A stretch of DNA of 64,000 nt from contig CAXWPH010000009.1 in assembly GCA_963666055.2 (NCBI GenBank), positions 1-64,000 on the forward strand, read 5' to 3'. The translations under genes and the position numbers were made by a program. Shown here in pieces: positions 57,586 to 64,000 of the stretch (the stretch's first letter is position 1; every line of letters starts with the position of its first letter). The notes under the pieces were generated by a model. The model ran no database searches and was not told the DNA's origin. It worked only from the letters and a program-made list of their open reading frames with translations. The DNA is from Acidobacteriota bacterium (GTDB lineage Bacteria; Acidobacteriota; UBA890; WLXD01).

Positions 57586-59088
57586 CTACGCTGCTCCTGC
57601 CGTTAGCTGCTCGCCGGCAGGGAACTGGGCCGGGCCCACAAAGTTGGCGGCGCAAGGTGGCAGTCGCAGCATGAATTCGGTGCCGCGCTCGAGCGTGCTA
57701 TCGACATCGATCGATCCACCATGGGCATAGACGATCTGCTGTGCAATGGCCAAACCCAGGCCAGTACCGCCGCGCCCCGAAACGAACGGTTGGAAGATGC
57801 GCTCGCGGTCTTCTGAGGCGACGAACGACCCCGTGTTCGCAACCCGCACCTCCACCTGCGCATCGCGGACTCGGGTCGCTACCTCGATGCGCCCGCCGGC
57901 CGGAGTGTGGGCGTAGGCGTTGCGCAACAGGTTCTCGATGGCGCGGCTGAGTCGCGCTGGGTCAACCATGCAAGGGGGGAGCCCGGGCTCGAAGCCCTCG
58001 GAGAGCACAATGTCATCGTCCTCGGTCTGACCCATTTTCACGAACTCGACGGTTTCGTGGACCAACGAGCTGATATCGCGTTGCTCGAGATCGTGGATCT
58101 CGGTGGGCACCAGATCGAGGAGCTGCCCCACTAGTCGCTCGATGCGCTGAGACGCGCGCGACAGGACATCCAGGTGACGATGTCCCTCATCGCCTGGAGG
58201 TAGGCGCTCGTGCAGCACCTGGATGAGGCCGAGCACCGAGCTCAACGGGTTGCGGATCTCGTGCGCCAACTCGGCGGCGAATCCGCCAATGACCATCAGG
58301 CGATGCGCACGGCTTACTTGGCGCTGCACTTTCTCGGTGTCGGCGGCGCGCTCGAACACCACCAATACTGAGATGATCGACTCCTCGCCAGCAAGCACTG
58401 TGCCTTGGAGATCGACCATGAGCCGCTGTCCGCGCCGATTGACCCAAGCCAAGCCGTGTAAGTCGAACGGCTCACTGCGCTCCAGAGCCCCGACGAGCGC
58501 CCGGGTCAGCTCGACGTTATCGGGCACGTCCGGGATCAGCTCGGAGAATTCGCGGCCGATCATCAGATCGGCGTCTACACCCAGCGCCACGGCGGCGCGC
58601 GGATTGATCGACAACACGCGTCCGTCGCGCGCGAACGAGATCAGGCCCTCGACAACCGAGCTACGGGCATATCCGCGTATCGATTCCAACAGATCATTGA
58701 TCGCACTCACCAGCGGCGCGACCTCGCCATCGGCCTCCAACTCCACTGGGAAGCTGAAGTTCCGGCGCGCCAGAAACTCGGTCCGTCTGGCAAGTGTGCG
58801 TAGCTGATTAGTAAACGCCAGCGCGATCGACAGGCCTATGCAAGCACCGAAGACAGTCAGGCCCAGGAGCCAAAGCCACGACGCCGGCAGGGTCGCCCAG
58901 ACAAGAGCGGCATCGCGCGGCGACATCAGGTTCGTAGCATCGGTGCGCCCGACTTCGAACGCATAGAGCCCGACACCGAACGCCAGCAGCGCCATTACGA
59001 ACGGTAGCGCTACTGCGAGCCGCAGGTGCAGCTTCCAGCTAATACGGCGCCTGACGCCGCTGAGCGCACCAAACCAACGATCGAGCAT
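57586..59088 (-). CDS. PAS/HAMP sensor histidine kinase (PilS-like); start placed at ATG 59088
   Basis: Two TM helices, PAS, AHEIRNPL, NLLRNA, FQPF, GTGLGL. Confidence 0.92.
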   Translation of the reverse strand: MLDRWFGALSGVRRRISWKLHLRLAVALPFVMALLAFGVGLYAFEVGRTDATNLMSPRDAALVWATLPASWLWLLGLTVFGACIGLSIALAFTNQLRTLARRTEFLARRNFSFPVELEADGEVAPLVSAINDLLESIRGYARSSVVEGLISFARDGRVLSINPRAAVALGVDADLMIGREFSELIPDVPDNVELTRALVGALERSEPFDLHGLAWVNRRGQRLMVDLQGTVLAGEESIISVLVVFERAADTEKVQRQVSRAHRLMVIGGFAAELAHEIRNPLSSVLGLIQVLHERLPPGDEGHRHLDVLSRASQRIERLVGQLLDLVPTEIHDLEQRDISSLVHETVEFVKMGQTEDDDIVLSEGFEPGLPPCMVDPARLSRAIENLLRNAYAHTPAGGRIEVATRVRDAQVEVRVANTGSFVASEDRERIFQPFVSGRGGTGLGLAIAQQIVYAHGGSIDVDSTLERGTEFMLRLPPCAANFVGPAQFPAGEQLTAGAA

Positions 59089-59324
59089 TCCCTGCTCCAG
59101 GGCAACGGGAAGGCGAAACCCAGAATTGAACAAGCTCGATTCTAGCGAGGCACGCGTCACTGTCGAAGCGAAAACGCTTTTAACCGTCGCTGTAGCACTT
59201 CTCAGGCCATATTTGACCATGTTTTCATCTTAAAACACACAGAACGATGTTTTAGGGCTGACTTGACCTATTCGCACTGACTACCATCGCGCCAGACACG
59301 ACTCCTCCGACTCCCGTTCGAGAG

Positions 59325-60221
59325 ATGATGATGCGAAAGAACGCTGCCTTGACCCTTTGTTGCACCGTCATGCTGATGGCCGCAATAGGGGCCTGCGGGT
59401 CCGCACGCAACGCCAATGGCGGTATCGTCGGTAGTGCACCCGAGGCGCAGTCCCAGCCGCTACCGAGCGCCGTTCGTGGCTCGCAACCCAGCGGGTCCGT
59501 GCAGGCGGGGACATTCGGGGTGAATGATCCTCAGGTAAGCGTCACGACCCCGGCGATCAACTGGGGAGAAACCGTGAATGGCAGCGTTCCGTACGACTGG
59601 AGCACGCGAGTATCCAACCCGAACTCGCGCGCCGTCGTCGTGAAGGTAAAACTCGATTTCGTTGACTTGCAAGGACAGACTGTCCACGAGGACTGGGTCA
59701 GCGGTCAGATCGGTCCGTCCTCGGACGCGCTGCTGCAACAGACCGGCTATATCGATAACGCCCAGCTCGACCTGGTCGCCGAGGCTCGCGGGGCGCCGTC
59801 GGCCTGGTGGGCCGATGAGCCCTACAAGTTTCGCACCGTCGCCGCTTTCGTCGACGGGCTGCAGCGGCTCGAGGTGTTCTTCGTTCTCGAGGACTGGGAG
59901 GGTCGTCCCGTAACTGCCTCCGGCATCGTCGATCTCTACATTATCGAGCGCGAACGGCCGCGCGCCGGCTTCGCGGGCGGCGCCATGGCGCGCCCCCTCA
60001 ACACTCTTTATGCGCGACGCTTCGACGTCGGCGGACGCGATTATTCGAATCGCCGGATCGGTTTCAAGAACACCGACTACACGCCGCCGGCGGTAACGCT
60101 CGGCCCGATCCACTATTCGATCTTCGATCAGGAGCCCATCGGCGATGAAGGCATAGTGCGTCTGGTGTTTCGTACTGCCAGCGGCACGGAGATCATCGGC
60201 GAGGACCGCGTCTATTTCTAG
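59325..60221 (+). CDS. hypothetical lipoprotein
   Basis: Signal peptide with IGAC lipobox; divergent from the kinase. Confidence 0.75.
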   Translation: MMMRKNAALTLCCTVMLMAAIGACGSARNANGGIVGSAPEAQSQPLPSAVRGSQPSGSVQAGTFGVNDPQVSVTTPAINWGETVNGSVPYDWSTRVSNPNSRAVVVKVKLDFVDLQGQTVHEDWVSGQIGPSSDALLQQTGYIDNAQLDLVAEARGAPSAWWADEPYKFRTVAAFVDGLQRLEVFFVLEDWEGRPVTASGIVDLYIIERERPRAGFAGGAMARPLNTLYARRFDVGGRDYSNRRIGFKNTDYTPPAVTLGPIHYSIFDQEPIGDEGIVRLVFRTASGTEIIGEDRVYF

Positions 60222-60399
60222 CAGGCCGTGGCGGCGAAACACATCATGGTTGAGCTGGCGCGAAGTCACGCCGCTATGGCGACGCTACGATAGCGACTGT
60301 AGCGGAGCCGAAAGGTAGCAGCTGCACCCGAGACGTCAAGACAACAACTGCCCCGGGGATGCCAAGGCAGCAGCGCACAGAATTGCACAGCGTACCGCC

Positions 60400-60428
60400 T
60401 TGACAGTCTGTCTCGCAGCGCGTAAAGT
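60400..60428 (+). promoter_or_regulatory. sigma70 promoter
   Basis: TTGACA-17 bp-TAAAGT. Confidence 0.7.
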
Positions 60429-60551
60429 GATCAACGTTGACTATGCTGAATCAGGGTTCGCTAGTTCTGGCGACACTTGGTCGGCGCTGACCGCGACGCT
60501 ACTCCGGTTCGATAGCCCGGAGCTACCTTGCGGCATTCGAGGAGGGACACG

Positions 60552-60758
60552 ATGGCCGAACGCGAAACGCGTCCGACGATCATGACGCTGGATGAGGTCG
60601 CCCGGTACCTCCGCCTGCACAAGTCGACGGTCTACCGGATGGCGCGCGAGGGGAAGCTCCCGGGCAACAAAGTTGCCGGCCAGTGGCGGTTCAAGAAGGA
60701 ACGCCTGGTGGACTGGTTCGAGGATCAGCAGCGCGAGCTCGAGGACTCGCTCGAGTAA
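60552..60758 (+). CDS. excisionase-like HTH (HTH_17/BldC-like) protein
   Basis: MTLDEVARYLRLHKSTVYRMAREGKLPGNKVAGQWRFKKERLVDWF; RBS GAGGAGG. Confidence 0.92.
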   Translation: MAERETRPTIMTLDEVARYLRLHKSTVYRMAREGKLPGNKVAGQWRFKKERLVDWFEDQQRELEDSLE

Positions 60759-60776
60759 GCGGGCAGCCGGCTCCGA

Positions 60777-62213
60777 TTAGCGGCGGTACCCGGCTCGCAC
60801 TCGCTTGATCAGTGTGCCGCGCTCTATGCGCGCGTCGGCGTCCACGCCGTTAAGCAGCGACAGTGTGTCGAGGCTGGCCGCAGGCCCCGCGTCTACGAGC
60901 GCGGCGAGTGGGCCGGCTCGCGGCGCCGCGAACACCTCCAGCCGATCGGGGTTGTAGCGGTCTGCCTCGGCACGTGGCAGGCGTCGAAAGCTCCGCTGCC
61001 AGCGATCAATGGTGCCCGCATGGCGCTCGAAGACCGTTGCGCGGCTGTAGCCGATGAGGTCGTATACCAAATCGCCATAGTGAACGAAGACATCGCTAGC
61101 ACGGACCGCGATTTCGTTGCTGGTGGCGTCATAGCGCGCTCGGTACGCCGGCAGCCCCCCCACAGACGTGGAAGCTCCGACCACCGAGGTGGCAGACCGC
61201 GCTCGTATGGCCGCCCTGGCGTGTGCCTCCAGGCTTTCCCCTTGCATAGCTCCGATAGTCAGACCGACGACCACATCGCCGCTGTCGGGAGCCGAGACAA
61301 CCGCCTGCTTACCGTTCTGCAGCTGCCATCCGTCAGGAAAGTCGACCTGGAACAGAAGGTCGGGATGCTTGAACGTCCCGTCGACGACCAGACCTTGACG
61401 CGGATTCGGACCGAACACGATGCCGTCGACACGGCGTAAGTACGCGTCTCGACCGATGCGAAGATCGGCACGTCCCGCAACCAGAGGCTCGGAGCTCGCA
61501 AGAACCCGCTCAACCCGATTCGCGGGCGCCGGGTGCGTCGACAGCCAGGTGGGAAGACGCCCACCGCCAGCTTCGGACATCAGCGAGATCGTCCGAAAGA
61601 ACGCCGCCAGACGGCGCGGGTCATACCCCGCGCCGACCGCATAGCGGATACCCAGCTGATCGGATTGAAGTTCGTCATCGCGGCCGAACTTGAGAAATAG
61701 TACGCCTACACCCGCCTGCAGGATGCCGCCGAGCGCGCGCACCTCGGACGACAGAACACTGCCCGCTCCCAGCCCGATCTGCGCCAGCGAAGCACCCGTG
61801 TAGCGCTGTGCGCCATGGCGCGCCGTCACATGGCCGATCTCGTGCCCGAGCACCCCCACAACCTCCGCCTCCGAGTTCATGTAGGCGAGGATGCCCCGCG
61901 TCATGTAGATATAACCGCCTGGCAGCGCAAAGGCGTTGACGATGGTGTCGTCGACAACGCGAAACGTCCAAGGCAGCTGTGGGCGCTCACTTGCGGCAGC
62001 CATCGTGTGCCCGGTCTGCTCGATCCACTCGGCCAGCTCGCGGTCGTCGTACAGGCCATATTCGGCCACTACGAGCTCGTCGTTCTGGCGACCGAGCTGG
62101 ATCTCCTGCTCCTCGGACAGGAGCATCAGCTCGCGCCTGCCGGTCACCGGATTGACAGCGCAGGCCACGGCGGCCAGGAGCGCCACCACAGCGAGGCCGG
62201 CGGTACTCCTCAT
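60777..62213 (-). CDS. M48 family metalloprotease lipoprotein (BepA/YfgC-like)
   Basis: VAC lipobox, NAFALPGG, HEIGH, LSTHP. Confidence 0.9.
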   Translation of the reverse strand: MRSTAGLAVVALLAAVACAVNPVTGRRELMLLSEEQEIQLGRQNDELVVAEYGLYDDRELAEWIEQTGHTMAAASERPQLPWTFRVVDDTIVNAFALPGGYIYMTRGILAYMNSEAEVVGVLGHEIGHVTARHGAQRYTGASLAQIGLGAGSVLSSEVRALGGILQAGVGVLFLKFGRDDELQSDQLGIRYAVGAGYDPRRLAAFFRTISLMSEAGGGRLPTWLSTHPAPANRVERVLASSEPLVAGRADLRIGRDAYLRRVDGIVFGPNPRQGLVVDGTFKHPDLLFQVDFPDGWQLQNGKQAVVSAPDSGDVVVGLTIGAMQGESLEAHARAAIRARSATSVVGASTSVGGLPAYRARYDATSNEIAVRASDVFVHYGDLVYDLIGYSRATVFERHAGTIDRWQRSFRRLPRAEADRYNPDRLEVFAAPRAGPLAALVDAGPAASLDTLSLLNGVDADARIERGTLIKRVRAGYRR

Positions 62214-62812
62214 GGCGATCCGCCGGTCACCGCCGGATCGGGCCGCGCTTCGCCCCAGATCGCCTCGCACAGCTCGGGGTCGGTCTCCGCCAGCCGTTCC
62301 GACGCCAGGGCGGTCAGCTGGTGGGGAAAGACGGGCCTTTCCGCCACGCTATGAAGGTAGTAGTGCGGGCCGATCAGAAACGCCCGGCGCTCCGGGCGAA
62401 AGTACACCGTGGCAACACGAATTTCCGGCATATTGCGTCGCGCATGCCGCCGCAGGTATTCGATCACCTCGTATATGGTTCGTCCGGTATCGAATAAATC
62501 GTCGACGATCAACATCTGGTGTACGGACTCCACCTCGTCGGTCACATGCTTGAGGCCACGAATATCGAAACCGTTGCCTTGCGAGATCCCTTCCAACGAT
62601 TGCGTACGAATCGCGGTGTGGTAGAAATCGTGCCCCTTGCAACGGAACAACTCGTGGATGGCGATGCCAGGTGGGGCGCCGCCGCGCCAAAGCGCGACGA
62701 GGAAATCGGGCCGATAGCCATCGTCCCAGATCTTCTTGGCGAGACGAAAACAATCGGCCAGATATTCGTCCGGATCCAGACTCATGGACGTCCTGGCGTC
62801 GGCCATCGTCAC
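62210..62812 (-). CDS. type I phosphoribosyltransferase
   Basis: Motifs VALWRGG, LIVDDLFDTGRT. Confidence 0.85.
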   Translation of the reverse strand: MTMADARTSMSLDPDEYLADCFRLAKKIWDDGYRPDFLVALWRGGAPPGIAIHELFRCKGHDFYHTAIRTQSLEGISQGNGFDIRGLKHVTDEVESVHQMLIVDDLFDTGRTIYEVIEYLRRHARRNMPEIRVATVYFRPERRAFLIGPHYYLHSVAERPVFPHQLTALASERLAETDPELCEAIWGEARPDPAVTGGSP

Positions 62813-63549
62813 ATCGCCGAGGGCGGCGGTGGCAGCCTGGGCGGACGAAGCTTGTGGGCATTGGCCAGTCGGCGAGATTCCACCCGCTGGCGCAGCTCCT
62901 GATCCTCGAGCCCACCGAGCAAGTACTCTTCTAGCTGCTCATAGCTAAACGCGAGCTCTTTCTCGTCGGTCTGGCCGCGCCAAATTCCCGCCGAGGGCGG
63001 CTTGTCGACGATCTCGCGGGGAACCTGCAGGTATTCGGCCAGCGTCACGACCTCGCTTTTCACCAGGTGTCCCAGGGGCAGCAAATCAACCCCCCCGTCA
63101 CCGTACTTGGTGAAATAGCCGAGGGACATCTCCGAGCGATTTCCCGTCCCGACCACCAGATAGCGGAACTTGTTGGCGTGATAGTAGAGAGCCGTCATCC
63201 ACAATCGCGCCTTGAGGTTCGCGAGGGGCAAATCGGGCGGCTCATCAGGTTCGGGATCGGCGCCCAGCAAACGGGCAAAGCCCTCGTAGACAGAGTCCAA
63301 GCTCATCAGCTTGGAGTTGAGTTGGAATTCGTTGACCACCAGCCGCGCGTGGTCGATATCTCGATGGTCCGAGTGTACCGGCAGGATCAACGCCAGGTGC
63401 GTGTCGGGGAACGCCCGTCGCGCCAGCTGCGACAGCACAGCCGAGTCGACGCCTCCGGAAAGACCGAACACGACGCCGCGTGCGCCGGCGGATTCGGCTT
63501 CCGCCCGCAGCCAGACGACCAACTGACCCGCTATCTGCTCAGCGTTCAT
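62809..63549 (-). CDS. nadE: NH3-dependent NAD+ synthetase
   Basis: Motifs GLSGGVDS, GYFTKYGDG, KPPSAGIW, GQTDE. Confidence 0.93.
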   Translation of the reverse strand: MNAEQIAGQLVVWLRAEAESAGARGVVFGLSGGVDSAVLSQLARRAFPDTHLALILPVHSDHRDIDHARLVVNEFQLNSKLMSLDSVYEGFARLLGADPEPDEPPDLPLANLKARLWMTALYYHANKFRYLVVGTGNRSEMSLGYFTKYGDGGVDLLPLGHLVKSEVVTLAEYLQVPREIVDKPPSAGIWRGQTDEKELAFSYEQLEEYLLGGLEDQELRQRVESRRLANAHKLRPPRLPPPPSAM

Positions 63550-63606
63550 GCCCGAATGTTAGGGAGTCACTGTGAGCGGGTCAAAAACAGCGCCGAACAA
63601 AGGGGA

Positions 63607-64000
63607 TCAGCTGACGATGGTATCGATGACCGCCTGATCGACGGTCACCGAGTAGCTGTCGCGTAGGGACTGCAGGTAGGCCTCGAAGAGCCGGTTGCGG
63701 CGTTGCGCCACCTCCTGCTCGCGCAGCTGCTCCTTCTGCTCGGCGAACAACGCCCAGTCAGGCTGAACGTGCTCCACGACTCGAAACACGACGAATCGAC
63801 CATCGAGCTTTACCGGGCCACCGGTATCGCCCGCAGCGAGTTGGAAAGCCGCCTGCATCAGCGCCGGGGCGCTACCCAATACCGGGACGATCTCCTCACG
63901 CGCCAAAAGCTGGCTGGATTCGACTGTGGCGCCCGCCTCCGGCGCAATGATCGCCAACTGTTCGCCGGCCGCCAGCCGCCCAGCGTATTCGCGGGCACGC
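63607..64000 (-). CDS. C-terminus of a SurA/PpiD-like periplasmic chaperone (runs off the window)
   Basis: AAFQLAAGDTGGPV...FVVFRV...YLQSLRDSYSVTVD; frame open to the window edge. Confidence 0.65.
   Translation of the reverse strand, partial: RAREYAGRLAAGEQLAIIAPEAGATVESSQLLAREEIVPVLGSAPALMQAAFQLAAGDTGGPVKLDGRFVVFRVVEHVQPDWALFAEQKEQLREQEVAQRRNRLFEAYLQSLRDSYSVTVDQAVIDTIVS

Overview
GC-rich chromosomal DNA from a diderm bacterium. No rRNA, tRNA, CRISPR array, integrase or transposase was recognised. Left half (1-36 kb): asparaginase, rpiA, htpX-lemA, an ilvB-ilvN-ilvC operon with an upstream terminator and a probable ilvD relic, a 2-oxoacid:ferredoxin oxidoreductase pair, a molybdopterin oxidoreductase, a YhaO/YhaN-like pair, pyk, a DtxR-family regulator, csoR-copA with its operator, a type III PKS/FAD-oxidoreductase/methyltransferase cluster, and two related MITE-like inverted-repeat elements sitting on TAG stop codons. 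Right half (36-59 kb, minus strand): one large type IV filament locus. In order it holds a PilS/PilR-like pair, a near-consensus sigma54 promoter, four excisionase/BldC-like HTH genes interleaved with six GspG-like pilin cassettes (two intact, four internally deleted or truncated), a 10-bp phased repeat array, a GldAFG-like ABC system, and an MSHA/T4P-like assembly operon whose pilC is a 43-codon stub. The two most novel-looking items are this HTH/pilin cassette array and a candidate sigma54-dependent, GGA-rich small RNA directly downstream of a GAF-domain enhancer-binding protein (about 25860-26036). All calls come from reading motifs by eye; no searches were run.
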